DNA from: Pirellulales bacterium
Lineage (GTDB): Bacteria; Planctomycetota; Planctomycetia; Pirellulales; PALSA-1355
Assembly (NCBI GenBank): GCA_963733035.1
Contig: CAVTBU010000008.1
Span: 384,001 to 448,000 of the forward strand
Reading direction: 5' to 3'
Length of the DNA: 64,000 nucleotides
The notes below the pieces were generated by a model. That model saw only the letters and a program-made list of their open reading frames with translations. It had not been told where the DNA came from and ran no database searches. Every line of letters starts with the position of its first letter. The stretch's first letter is position 1. Positions 51,590 through 62,193 of the stretch are shown here, piece by piece. Both the position numbers and the translations under genes were made by a program.

Positions 51590-53720
51590 CTAGGAATTAA
51601 GATCTTCGCCGATGCCGCTAAACGCCTCTCGTCGTGCCAATTCGAACGCCGGATCGTCGCAAACGGCTGCCCACTGCGAGAGGGCCAGCAGCGGAAAATA
51701 AATTGGGTAATAGTGATATCGCAGGTAGAACACTTGCGGAAAGCCTGTGCCCGTGAATTCCTTCTCGGGCCACACCCCATCCTCGCGCTGGTGTGTGACG
51801 AGATACTCTATTCCGCGGGCCACTGCGGCGCTTTTGGCTCGACCAGCGGCAATCAAACCCAACAGCGCCCAGGCCGTCTGCGAGGCCGTGGTCGGGCCTT
51901 GCCCGCGCAAATACGGCCGAGCATAGCTGTCGGGTGTTTCACCCCAACCACCCGAGGGCTGTTGGCACGACAATAACCAATTCGCGCCAAGAACCATCGC
52001 AGGGTCGTCGGCTCGTACGCCAACCGCGTTTAACCCCACAAGCACCTGCCAAGTACCGTATATGTAGTTGACACCCCAGCGCCCGAACCAGCTTCCGTCG
52101 GCCTCCTGATTACAGCAAACATAAGCCACGGCACGGTCTACGACCGGGTCGCCCAACTTACGACCGAAGCCAGCGAGCATCTCCAAGACACGCCCGGTCA
52201 GGTCAGGCGTGCTCGGGTCAATCATCGCATTGTGATCGGCAAACGGAACATGGCAGAGGAACTCATGATTGTTGTCTCGATCGAACGCGCCCCAGCCACC
52301 GTCGCGATTCTGCATCGCCAAGACCCAGTCGAGCGCTCGCTTTTGTACGCCCGCCGCGCGATCAATCTCGGTGATTCGGTGGCGTACTTCGGTTGCGGAT
52401 TTGACTCTCCCATGATCGACCCAGTTCGGATCAGGAGCGGCTTCCTGGAATGTTGCTTCCGTTTGCGAGGCCAGCGCCATCAACACCATGACCGAATCGT
52501 CAATGTCGGGATAGAATTCATTGGCATATTCAAAGCACCAACCACTCGGCTTGGCGTCGACCATGGAGGCCCAATCGCCGCTTCGCGTCACTTCTTTGTC
52601 AAGCAGCCACGCGACTGTCTTACGTGCGGCTGGGTGATTTGGGGATATTCCGCTGGCGGCCAAGGCGCGTAGGGTGATCGCCGTGTCCCACACCGGCGAC
52701 TTACACGGTTGTAGTCGAATCGTGTCGTCCTCTTCGATGATCAGTCCGTCGAGGTGTTCGTGGCAATAACGCAATTCGGGGCTGTCGTCCGTATAGCCTA
52801 GACATTTCAGTGCAATGATGCTCCAAACCATCGGTGGGAAGATCGCCCCCAAACCTTCGCTACCGACAAATCGTGCAAGCACCCATTGTTCCGCCGACTT
52901 GATCGCGCGGCGACGAAGCGGCTGCCAGACCTTCAACCGGCTGCACACCTTGAGAACCTTGTCGACCGTGCGAAAAAACCGGTCCCAGCTGAGCCATCCG
53001 GTTCCGTTCCCCTTGCCAGGGCAACGCAATGGGGGCCAATCGGCCGGCGCCTTGAGGAATAGCTCCGAAATGCCGAACTTTGGGTCGAGCCGCGCGACCG
53101 GCTGACAGGCCGACATTATCGAAAGCGGCACGATGATCGTCCGCGACCAGGCACTGACACGATACAGGTTAATTGGGGACCAGGTCGGCAAAAGCAGCAC
53201 TTCGGGTGGAACGACCGGGCATTGGTCATAGGGAATCTGGCCCAACAATGCCAAATAAAAACGAGTGAAACTGTTGACCGCATCTGCGCCGCCATGAGAC
53301 AGAATGGCGGCACGTGCCCTTTGCATGGCGGCCGAACTAGGATCGTGACCGGTCAGTTTAAGCGCGAAATAGGCCTTTACGCTGACGCTGATGTCGAGAC
53401 TGCCGCCGGGATGTGTCGTCCAGCCCCCTTCCGGTAATTGCTGCTTAAGTATGTATTTCGCCGCCTTTCGAGCAACCTCCTCCGACTGCCGGCCCAAGAA
53501 CGCCAGCAATAGGATGTATTCACTCTCGAGGATGGTGTCGCCTTCGAGTTCCGCTACCCAGTGGCCATCTGCATGCTGATGACCGAGAAGCCAATCGCGC
53601 AGTGCGCTCAATCGCTCGCTTGAGTGATAACGCGAGATGAGAATCGGCAGGAAAGGTGGAACGGGAGCCCGACGGCTCTTGGCCGGAGGGCAAGGCGCGC
53701 GAGTGCAGGTTCGTACTCAT
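51590..53720 (-). CDS. shc: squalene-hopene cyclase, frameshift near 53600
   Basis: QW repeats, SPVWDT, YPDIDD (DxDD), GRWGVNYIYG, GTGFP..FYLRY; N-terminus MSTNL..LKRAIERT joins RDWLL after removing one base. Confidence 0.95.
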
Positions 53721-53821
53721 GTTTTCTAGATGCCTCCGTGCTGCGAATCTTCCCTGATTCGCCGAGTCCGGCATTTTTGCCGATGATCACAATCTATGCC
53801 ATGCGCACAGCCACGACAAGA

Positions 53822-55972
53822 TCAGTGAGCTATCACTAGATACATCCGACCACGGTGGCCTGCTAGCATGGGTAATTCACGGAGCACGCCCGACGCGACT
53901 AATTCATCGAAGACTCGTGGCTCGACAAACTCCGCAAATCCATAGTTGCCTGGCGAACGATAGCGATCGATCTCGGGCCAATGAACGTAGACATGGGAGA
54001 TCCTGTGGTCTAGTAGCGTCGCGCGCACGTCGGCGGGCGACCGACCACGAACCAGTTGCTCGAAGATTGAATCGTCGAACACCGTATTGTATTGCGCGGG
54101 CACTTCCAAATCGAACGGCTGCGCGTCGCCAATTAACAACACCCGGCGCACCTCGTCTGCATGCTCGTTGAGGTACGCATGCCATGGATCCAAGCTTATG
54201 GATTCCTCACGCAGCACGTCGAGCGGCGCCAAATAGCGATTGTCAGAGATGGGGCCCCCGGCAATCAACACGAGGCTGTAGGCGAGGCCAACGATCAACG
54301 AACCCAGCAAGGTCCGCCGCCAGGCAAGCGAAGCGTTCCACGTTGCCCCCAAGCCAGCCAACAATGCGGCTAGCGGCCAGAGCGGTACCAAGAACCGGTC
54401 GATCCGATGCGTCAGCAACCACCACAATGCGAAAATGTAGGCAACCATCGCCACGAGCACCCATACGACCTGCCGCGATCTCCGTTGGCACAACGCTAAA
54501 CCCGCCAGCGGCACCACGAGCGGGCTGAGCCAGGTTCCAGCGATTAGGCAGGCCCACAAGCGCGTCACGAAATCCGCTAGGGCAAAGTTCGGAGGGCGGT
54601 GAGCGGCCTGCCACTGCGCTTCCTTTTCTGGCGTCCGTGTAGCGCCGTCAAAGACCTGATAGAGCAGAGGGTAAACCGGATTGCCCGTGAGTACCGCGTT
54701 CTTGGCAAACCACAAACCGCAGCCAAGCAACATGCCCGCAACAAACACTGCGCAGGCAGTTGTTGCGCTCCGGCGGCCAAGGTAAGTCCAACTGCAATAG
54801 GCGACATAGAGCGTCAGTGGCACGGCACAGTACACGACCGCCGGGTACTTTGTCGACACGGCTCCGCCCGCCAGAAATCCAGCGATTCCCAACACGCCGT
54901 TTTGGCCAAATCCACCGACTTCGGTCGGTTTACTTTGTTGCGTCCTGCCGTGCCATACGAGCATGACGAATAGCGCCGCGAACAGGTAGAACGCAAAGGC
55001 ACCCTCGATGAGCGCATGTGTGGAGACGATTGCCACCCAGGGAATGGAAAGGTAGACAAGCGCGGCTACGATTCCTGCCGCTGGAGAAGCGAATCTGCAA
55101 CCAGCCGCATAGAGTAGCAGGGAGGTCAAGGGCGCGAACAGGGCGATGAGCGTCTTGCCCACCAAAGCCCCGGTCCACCAATCGCCGGTAACGACCATGG
55201 CGCACAGGGCCAACATCTCGGCCCCCAACGGCATGTTCGCGTAGACATTGTGCGGCAGAAACGTGATTCGACCCGCCTGAAAGAACTCCTTCGGAGCCTG
55301 CAAATGGTATTCGCGGACATCAAAGTCCATTGGCGGCAGCATGGCTGAACCGATGATCGCCAGGGTAAACGGGAGGAGTAGCCAAAGCCATTGCGGACGC
55401 CAACTCCACGTTGTCATTGCGTCCGGCGTGAGCGGACCGGGGGAGATCTTGCAGGTTCCCGACTCGCATCCGCGAAACCGTCTCATCGCGGCCGCAGCAA
55501 TGCCGGCGGCAATTCCGCCCCCTAGGAACAGATCGGCCCGTAATCGTCCCGCCAGCCCCAGTGCCAATGTGATGATCGACACAGCGTTCATTCCGACTCC
55601 AATTGCCAGCAGCGTCATTTCCAAGCGGGTCACCACGCGATCGACGCGCAACAGCCGCAGGATGAGCCAGCCGACCGAGGTCGCTCCACCGAGAATGCCG
55701 CTGGCTACAAACAGAATCCAAAGCCGCTCACCGAGCGAATCCCATGTCACGCCGCGAAACCAGGCGGCAACCAAGTCGTCCGGGCGCAGCAACGAGACCA
55801 ACAGGTACTCGCCGCGCGGCGTTTCGGTTGCATCTTTCGCGGGCATTAGGAGGAACACCGCGACGTACCCGATCAGCCAAGCGCACGCCAAAACCACGGC
55901 ACCCGGGCTGGATGCCATCACGGGCCCGCTGCTTGATGCCTGACGACGAAGTTTTGACGCCGAGTTGCTCAC
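53822..55972 (-). CDS. polytopic membrane protein, GT-C (ArnT/PMT)-like glycosyltransferase
   Basis: Many TM helices; FDVREYHL, STKY, TGNPVYP, RIDRFL; start uncertain. Confidence 0.6.
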   Translation of the reverse strand: MSNSASKLRRQASSSGPVMASSPGAVVLACAWLIGYVAVFLLMPAKDATETPRGEYLLVSLLRPDDLVAAWFRGVTWDSLGERLWILFVASGILGGATSVGWLILRLLRVDRVVTRLEMTLLAIGVGMNAVSIITLALGLAGRLRADLFLGGGIAAGIAAAAMRRFRGCESGTCKISPGPLTPDAMTTWSWRPQWLWLLLPFTLAIIGSAMLPPMDFDVREYHLQAPKEFFQAGRITFLPHNVYANMPLGAEMLALCAMVVTGDWWTGALVGKTLIALFAPLTSLLLYAAGCRFASPAAGIVAALVYLSIPWVAIVSTHALIEGAFAFYLFAALFVMLVWHGRTQQSKPTEVGGFGQNGVLGIAGFLAGGAVSTKYPAVVYCAVPLTLYVAYCSWTYLGRRSATTACAVFVAGMLLGCGLWFAKNAVLTGNPVYPLLYQVFDGATRTPEKEAQWQAAHRPPNFALADFVTRLWACLIAGTWLSPLVVPLAGLALCQRRSRQVVWVLVAMVAYIFALWWLLTHRIDRFLVPLWPLAALLAGLGATWNASLAWRRTLLGSLIVGLAYSLVLIAGGPISDNRYLAPLDVLREESISLDPWHAYLNEHADEVRRVLLIGDAQPFDLEVPAQYNTVFDDSIFEQLVRGRSPADVRATLLDHRISHVYVHWPEIDRYRSPGNYGFAEFVEPRVFDELVASGVLRELPMLAGHRGRMYLVIAH

Positions 55973-56196
55973 GTTCGAAAGTCTCAAGAATTGGCCGTTT
56001 TGCCGGCATTCGCAACTACAAACCGCTGCCAATCGCTGGTTTTCAAGCTAGGTTTGCCTAGCTAGACTGGCATCAACCGCCGTACGCGGCACAGGCCAGG
56101 GCATCGCGGGCCGCCTCCCTCTAGTGTATCTCCCGCAACGGCCGCCATCCTACAACGCACCGTTTCCGCGCCACTAACCTCTCCACACGACCCAAC

Positions 56197-57216
56197 ATGG
56201 CTGCCGACAAACTTCAAGGAATCTTCACTCCCAATATTGTGCCGCTCGACGCACGCGGCGAGATCAACGAACCCGAACTGCGGCGCTACACCGATTGGCT
56301 CATTGAGCGCGGAGTGCATGGGCTGTATCCCAACGGGTCGACCGGTGAGTTCACACGGTTCACGACCGAGGAGCGGCGACGGATTATTGCGATCATGGCC
56401 GACCAGAACCATGGCCGCGTGCCGATTTTGGCCGGCGCCGCCGAAGCGAATACCCGAGAAACAATCGCGGCCTGCGAGTATTACCACTCGCTGGGCGTGC
56501 GGGCGGTAGCCATCGTTTCGCCGTTCTACTACAAACTCAGCCCGCAGGCAGTGTACGCCTACTTCAAGGAGATTGGCGACAACACGCCGATTGACGTCAC
56601 TCTGTATAACATTCCAATGTTCGCCTCGCCGATCGACGTGCCGACGGTGCAAAGGCTGAGCGAGGAGTGCGAGAAGATCGTGGCGATCAAGGACTCCTCC
56701 GGCGACTTGCCCCACATGATTCGCATGATCCAGGCCGTGCGGCCGAACCGTCCGGACTTCACCTTCCTCACCGGTTGGGATGCCGCACTGATGCCAATGC
56801 TGCTGATCGGTTGCGACGGCGGCACCAATGCCACCAGCGGCGTCGTGCCCGAAATTACGCGAAAGCTCTACGATCTGACGGTCGCCCGGCGGATCGATGA
56901 AGCCCGCGAGTTGCAATTCAAACTCGTCACGCTGTTCGACAAGATGATTTTGTCGGCCGACTTTCCCGAGGGCTTCCGGGCGGCCTTGCGACTTCGGGGC
57001 ATCGACACCGGCGTCGGCCGCCAACCGTACTCGCCGGTCCAGCACCTGCAGCTCGAGACGCTGACCAACTCGCTGGCTTGCCTGCTGGCCGAGGAAGGCT
57101 TTGCCGACGAGCCGATCGGTGGCTGCCCGGTTGGAGCTGAGAAGATCGACCCACAGCAAGTCGGTCGAATTGTGCAGGGCGTGCTGGCCGAGCTCAAGCA
57201 ACGGGGACTGGCTTAG
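56197..57216 (+). CDS. DHDPS/NAL-family aldolase with C-terminal amphipathic tail
   Basis: [19 protein letters not shown]; tail [23 protein letters not shown]. Confidence 0.88.
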   Translation: MAADKLQGIFTPNIVPLDARGEINEPELRRYTDWLIERGVHGLYPNGSTGEFTRFTTEERRRIIAIMADQNHGRVPILAGAAEANTRETIAACEYYHSLGVRAVAIVSPFYYKLSPQAVYAYFKEIGDNTPIDVTLYNIPMFASPIDVPTVQRLSEECEKIVAIKDSSGDLPHMIRMIQAVRPNRPDFTFLTGWDAALMPMLLIGCDGGTNATSGVVPEITRKLYDLTVARRIDEARELQFKLVTLFDKMILSADFPEGFRAALRLRGIDTGVGRQPYSPVQHLQLETLTNSLACLLAEEGFADEPIGGCPVGAEKIDPQQVGRIVQGVLAELKQRGLA

Positions 57217-57267
57217 CCCGCCACGCGGCACGCGCAGGAACCCGCTGCGGCGACATCGCCCCCATAT

Positions 57268-57597
57268 TTTGTGTCGGGCTGGCTCGCATCGTTTTCTCGA
57301 AAATTGTCGTTGAGCCGGGTCGCGGCGGGAGTTTTTCGTCGCAAACTTCTTTTCCATGGGAGGCCGAAAAACCCCGCGCTGAATGTCACCCAAATACGCC
57401 ATTCCTCCTTGCTTAACCATGGCCGTGACTACCTCGCCGTCCCTCTAAAATCCAACCAGCATACGTTAGCCTAGGTGGCGGCCCGATTTCAAACCGATGT
57501 GGCTGGGCACCGGGGATTGTGGTCGTTGCCACGTTCGCGAGCGGCACTCAGACGGCGGGGGCGTAGAATCCTAGAGTCAAAGCCTTTTTGACGTCGG
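57268..57597. repeat. dispersed non-coding repeat, copy B (inverted relative to copy A)
   Basis: Core 57347-57371 and second anchor GGCCCGATT 57480-57488 at nearly the same spacing as in copy A (109 vs 110 nt); boundaries approximate. Confidence 0.7.
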
Positions 57598-57716
57598 TGT
57601 CCTATTTGGCTGTCAAGTTGCGCCTAGAGGAATAGCGGGCGAACGAGTCTCCCGTCCGCTGAACTGTCCTTTTCCCCGGGGATTGCGTAGCGGCCCTCCC
57701 TGGGGTGTCTGCTGCG

Positions 57717-57759
57717 AAGCCCGCGTCGCGTAAATTTGCGGCGCGGGCTTTGCCTTTTT
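57717..57759 (+). terminator. terminator-like hairpin
   Basis: AAGCCCGCGTCGC-loop-GCGGCGCGGGCTT followed by TGCCTTTTT. Confidence 0.55.
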
Positions 57760-58066
57760 GGCGATCCGGCGCTTACTTGCCTGAGACGCCCGACACGTCA
57801 AGTTTGCATTTCTTGCGGCCAGAATGGCCGAGGGACTTCGCCCCAATCAACGGACACTGCGGCCTAGGTATTACGCGATTTCATTGGTCCCGCCCGTACG
57901 ACCACTGGTCCCTACAATCGGTTATAACCGCAGAATTGTATGCCGCGCGTTCGTGCACGCCGTTCGCGCAAACGGGTTCTGTGGACAGTCGTCCGGCCGC
58001 GAATCAGGATGGAAGTTTCTGTCCTCCACCCGCGTTCACGACAGTCTCCACACAGCGATTCCCATC

Positions 58067-59422
58067 ATGACCGTCCGACGAGCGATTGCCTGCGGCTTTC
58101 TGATTCTCTCAATAGTACATGCCGATGCCTGGGCCGCGCAGCCGCTGTCGGTGCAGTTCCAGAACGAGTCGGGCCACGCGGATTCCGATGTCTACATCGG
58201 GTTCGTCGGACCAGGAGCCCTTAACGCCACGAACGCCGCCAATGGCACGCCACTGGCGGTCAGCCAATACGGCGCCGAACACTGGTACACGCTCGACTCG
58301 CTCCCTCAGGGCATCGACTTGGCGTCATTCAGCGGCCGCATTTATGTGGGCTACGGCAGCCCCTGGTCGTTTCCCTATGCCGGCTACGAACCTTCGCCGT
58401 CCTCGCCGAGCGACCCGAACTACCTGAATCGCTACGACAAGATGGAACTCACATACAACGGGAATCCGGCCGACGTCGCGGACACCACGTCGATCGACTA
58501 CTTCAGCGTGCCCATGCGGCTGAACGTTTTTCAGGGGGGCACGTCGGGCACGTTGAAAGGAAGCCTCTCGGCATCGTCCACGCAAACGACGGTCGACGCC
58601 GTGCGCGGCCTGACGACACCGCCGGACGCGGCTGTGGTGACTAACGGCAGCGGCGACTTCGTGCGTGTCATCGGCCCTAGCGCCTATCCACCAGCTCCCG
58701 GCTTGCCGGCGTCACCGTATGGCAGCTTCGATCCGTATCTGACCTACCTACGAGACGACTACGCACCCTCGCACGGCGGCACCATGGCCACGATCAAAGG
58801 TCATTTCAACGGCGTGGGTCCCTCGCCAGTGACTGCAGACACGATGGCGCAGGACTATAACTTCACGGCGACCATCGACGCCCAGAAGGATATCATTCTG
58901 ACAGGCAGCGCCACCGACATCGGTTCGCACACGCTCCTGTTTTTGCACGACGACCTGATCAATCCGTCGGGTATCTACGGCGCTAATCCGACGTTTTACC
59001 TGGATGGCTCGTCGATCGCCTCGACGCCGCAGAACGATGTCTACGGTTGGATCATCGGCGATTTGCTTGCGGGTTTGAACATCGGAGCGGTCGGGAGCAC
59101 GGTGCTCGACGGCCCAGTTCAGGTGGGCACCCTGGATAGCCAGGACTGGTTCACCCTTTCCAACCTGTTTTCCGGCCTACAGCCCGGACACGCGAACTAC
59201 TATAACCAGTGGGCGGCTTCGATGAGCACGATTTCCGAAGCCTATAATTTTGCCTACTCCGATCGTTTCGCGCACGTCACGGCTCCGCTCGACCCAGCGA
59301 AAGTTGACACGCTACAAATCGTGTTTCTCGGCCAAGTACCCGAACCATCGAGCTATGCGATGTTGGCGATGGGAGCGGGCTTGCTGCTGGGTATGCATCT
59401 TCGCGCGAAGCGCCACGGTTGA
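58067..59422 (+). CDS. PEP-CTERM protein with GH64/thaumatin-like (beta-1,3-glucanase) domain
   Basis: Signal peptide; FQNESG..SDVYI, SGRIYV.YG, RYDKMELTY, DTTSIDYFSVPM, YYNQWA, AYNFAYSD; VPEPSS plus TM helix. Confidence 0.65.
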   Translation: MTVRRAIACGFLILSIVHADAWAAQPLSVQFQNESGHADSDVYIGFVGPGALNATNAANGTPLAVSQYGAEHWYTLDSLPQGIDLASFSGRIYVGYGSPWSFPYAGYEPSPSSPSDPNYLNRYDKMELTYNGNPADVADTTSIDYFSVPMRLNVFQGGTSGTLKGSLSASSTQTTVDAVRGLTTPPDAAVVTNGSGDFVRVIGPSAYPPAPGLPASPYGSFDPYLTYLRDDYAPSHGGTMATIKGHFNGVGPSPVTADTMAQDYNFTATIDAQKDIILTGSATDIGSHTLLFLHDDLINPSGIYGANPTFYLDGSSIASTPQNDVYGWIIGDLLAGLNIGAVGSTVLDGPVQVGTLDSQDWFTLSNLFSGLQPGHANYYNQWAASMSTISEAYNFAYSDRFAHVTAPLDPAKVDTLQIVFLGQVPEPSSYAMLAMGAGLLLGMHLRAKRHG

Positions 59423-59769
59423 GGTCGAACTTCCGGGTCCAGCAACGGACGCTCTCTTGCGGCAGGTTGCTACGTCGTCGCGCTTGGCCATTGGCCGTCG
59501 TAAATTGTCCGGAAGTGTGCTCGTCGAGACAAATTCGGCGCGTTTGTGTGCCGCACATGGCGCGCAGCGGCGCACCCTTTCGAGGGAGCGTTCTCATCGC
59601 GAATGTCAAGAATGCGACAATTGTAGGGCTACTGCCTAAACCACCTTTCTCGGCACCGGAAATGCTCTTCTCCATCGGCGGTGGTAGCAAGTATTGCTTC
59701 TTGGCAGGTGTTTGCCAGGAAGCGCAAATGTGGCTTTTAATGGCTCCGATCGCGATCGAGGAGGGTGCT

Positions 59770-60459
59770 GTGTTGCGCTACTTGTCCTGGGCCCTATTGG
59801 GTTTGCTCTATGGTCTCATTTGCTCGACCGCGAGCGCCGAAGCGATCGTTTTTTTCAACAGTTCGCAACTTGCAACGACGGTAAACACAGGCGTGACGTC
59901 AGATACGATAAGCAGCAACGGTTATTTGTTCACATACACGCTAGACAAGTTATTTACCGGCGGCGTCGGATTGACCGAGCCAATCGGTCGCCCAATTGCC
60001 GTATCGTGGCCCAGCGGCGTCGAGGCGCAGGCGGTAACGAGCGGCCCGAACCCAAGCGGGGCGCGAATCGTTATTCAGCGGGTCGATGGCGATGTGTTTG
60101 ACCTGGCCGCGTTCACGGCAAAAATACTTGCAAACACGGGTGGAGCCGGCGCATCCTTTGAAATCATGCCGTCTCTCAATGGAGAAGACGCCTTCAGCGA
60201 TCCGCTCTACTTCGATGCCACCGGCTACTACGGCAGCACCTTTTCCTACACCTCGTCTCCCAACTATTTGGGCAGCACGGCGCTGCTGAAAGGATACGAT
60301 CGATACACCATCGGTCTATACGTCGATTTTGCATTGACGGCACTCACGCTGGAAGGCGCGCCAGTGGTGCCCGAACCCGCGACTATAGCGCTGGCAGCTC
60401 TGGGCACTGGCGCCCTGGCAGCGGTCGGCATGCGACGAAGACGATTGCGACGGTTTTGA
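59770..60459 (+). CDS. PEP-CTERM surface protein
   Basis: GGAGG RBS plus GTG, signal peptide, VPEPATIALAALG..RRRRLRR. Confidence 0.8.
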   Translation: MLRYLSWALLGLLYGLICSTASAEAIVFFNSSQLATTVNTGVTSDTISSNGYLFTYTLDKLFTGGVGLTEPIGRPIAVSWPSGVEAQAVTSGPNPSGARIVIQRVDGDVFDLAAFTAKILANTGGAGASFEIMPSLNGEDAFSDPLYFDATGYYGSTFSYTSSPNYLGSTALLKGYDRYTIGLYVDFALTALTLEGAPVVPEPATIALAALGTGALAAVGMRRRRLRRF

Positions 60460-60536
60460 TTCGCGATTGCATTGTGGGGAACGTCGTAGCCTGATAAGTG
60501 ATGGCGCGACGGCTTGGGGTTGGTGCTGAGATCGGC

Positions 60537-61481
60537 TCAAGGATGGGGTTGAAGCGTGCGCGAAAAGAATTGGTTGACCGCCGGCACGAGCCAATCGACG
60601 CGGATCAATGAGTGGGGGCAGTGGGCTGCCTTGCCCAGGCGAACGTAGCTCACGTCTTTGAGCCCGGCATTGTGGAGCGCAACGACGAATCGGTCCGCCG
60701 TTTCAACTCCGACCTGCGAGTCTGCGCCGCCGTATATCAGCAGCAAGGGGGGTGTTTGCGGTGAGATATGGTTGGCTGGCGAGGCCAAAGCGTACTTGGC
60801 GACGCGCGAACCACTCGGAGCACCTCCCAGGAATTGAGAGATTGCCGATCGGATCTGATTGTGGTCGTACTGATAGCGAAGATCGATGGGACCGCTGTCG
60901 CTAACCACGGCTTGCACCGTGCTGCAGTACTCTTGGTAGGGTCCGTCTCCCTCGAGATCGGCGGTTTTGTCGACCATTCCCAGCATCAACGCCAAGTGGC
61001 CGCCCGCTGAGTTTCCCCAGGCGCCGATCATGCGTGGGTCGATCTGATACCTTGCGGCATTGGCCCTCAGCCACCGAACGGCGCACTTGCAATCGTGAAG
61101 TGCCGCCGGGAATGGAGCTTGATTTGAGAGTCGGTAGTTGATTGACACGGCGACCATGCCAAGTTTTGCAAAGTCGATGATATTGCCCGGCGGGCGATTG
61201 TCGCCAGTTGAGAAGCTCGATTTGTCTCCTTCGAGCCAGCCACCGCCATGAATTACGATGATCGCCGGTCGCGGCTTGCCCCGATAGTCTTTCTGCATCG
61301 CGAGGTCGAGAACCCATTCTTTCACAGAACCTTCGCGGTATCGCAGGTTATGCAGCACGACGATGTCGTCGGCAGTACGCTCATCAGCGGCGGCAAGCGT
61401 CTTGACGACAATACTCTCACCGAGCGTGAGGAGGAGTAAGAAGGCGATGCCTGCGCGTATCAATGTGATATCGCGATCCAT
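60537..61481 (-). CDS. exported alpha/beta hydrolase (HSL-like esterase)
   Basis: IHGGGW, FPAALHD, WGNSAGGHL. Confidence 0.9.
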   Translation of the reverse strand: MDRDITLIRAGIAFLLLLTLGESIVVKTLAAADERTADDIVVLHNLRYREGSVKEWVLDLAMQKDYRGKPRPAIIVIHGGGWLEGDKSSFSTGDNRPPGNIIDFAKLGMVAVSINYRLSNQAPFPAALHDCKCAVRWLRANAARYQIDPRMIGAWGNSAGGHLALMLGMVDKTADLEGDGPYQEYCSTVQAVVSDSGPIDLRYQYDHNQIRSAISQFLGGAPSGSRVAKYALASPANHISPQTPPLLLIYGGADSQVGVETADRFVVALHNAGLKDVSYVRLGKAAHCPHSLIRVDWLVPAVNQFFSRTLQPHP

Positions 61482-61581
61482 TCGTTCAGCTCACTTTCTA
61501 GGATACCGGTAGAGACCGTTCGTCTAGGCCATCTTCACTCCGCTATCCGTCAGAATGGGTACCGATGGAGTCTCCCGTGGA

Positions 61582-62133
61582 CTACTTCGTTGACCGACGC
61601 CAGTCGGCGAGGGACAAAACCTCCGCGTAGGCAAACGCCAAAGCCGCCATCGCGGTACCATGGACGTCAGCGGCGGTTATCTTGTGGCCAGAGAAAGTTT
61701 GATCGCAGGTGGCGCAGGCGTCATGCACAACCTGGCAGCGATAGTCAAGGTCGGCGGCCGCGCGGGTTGTCCCTTCGACACACATGTGGCTCATCGCGCC
61801 GCAGATCAACAGCGAGTCGACTCCGAAGTGATCGAGAATCTCCTGGAGGTCCGTGTGCAGGAACGAATTCACCTGGTGCTTGGTGACGATGCGTTCGCCC
61901 TCGGCCGGTGCGACCGACGCGTGGATTTCGGCGCCACTCGATTCGGGCCGAAAGAATGGCGCCTGCGGACTCTCGAAGACGTGCCGCACGTGCACCAGCG
62001 GCCGCTGCTGGGCACGAAACTGGTCAACTAGCTCGGCAGCCGCGCGGCTGGCGGCATCAATGCCCGACAGCGGCAGTGCTCCGCCTGGGAAATAGTCGTT
62101 TTGCAGATCGATCACAAGCAGTGCCTGAGACAT
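61582..62133 (-). CDS. isochorismatase-family cysteine hydrolase
   Basis: ALLVIDLQNDYF, K..VNSF, GAMSHMCV. Confidence 0.92.
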   Translation of the reverse strand: MSQALLVIDLQNDYFPGGALPLSGIDAASRAAAELVDQFRAQQRPLVHVRHVFESPQAPFFRPESSGAEIHASVAPAEGERIVTKHQVNSFLHTDLQEILDHFGVDSLLICGAMSHMCVEGTTRAAADLDYRCQVVHDACATCDQTFSGHKITAADVHGTAMAALAFAYAEVLSLADWRRSTK

Positions 62134-62193
62134 GGGTCTTACCTCGCGGACGATGATTTGTGCGGTGAACGGTCGGGGGTGCGTCAATTGCCT

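Noticed and set aside
59697..59724. TTGGCAGGTGTTTGC as a sigma54 promoter
   Set aside because: Spacing is GG-N9-GC; better explained as a hairpin
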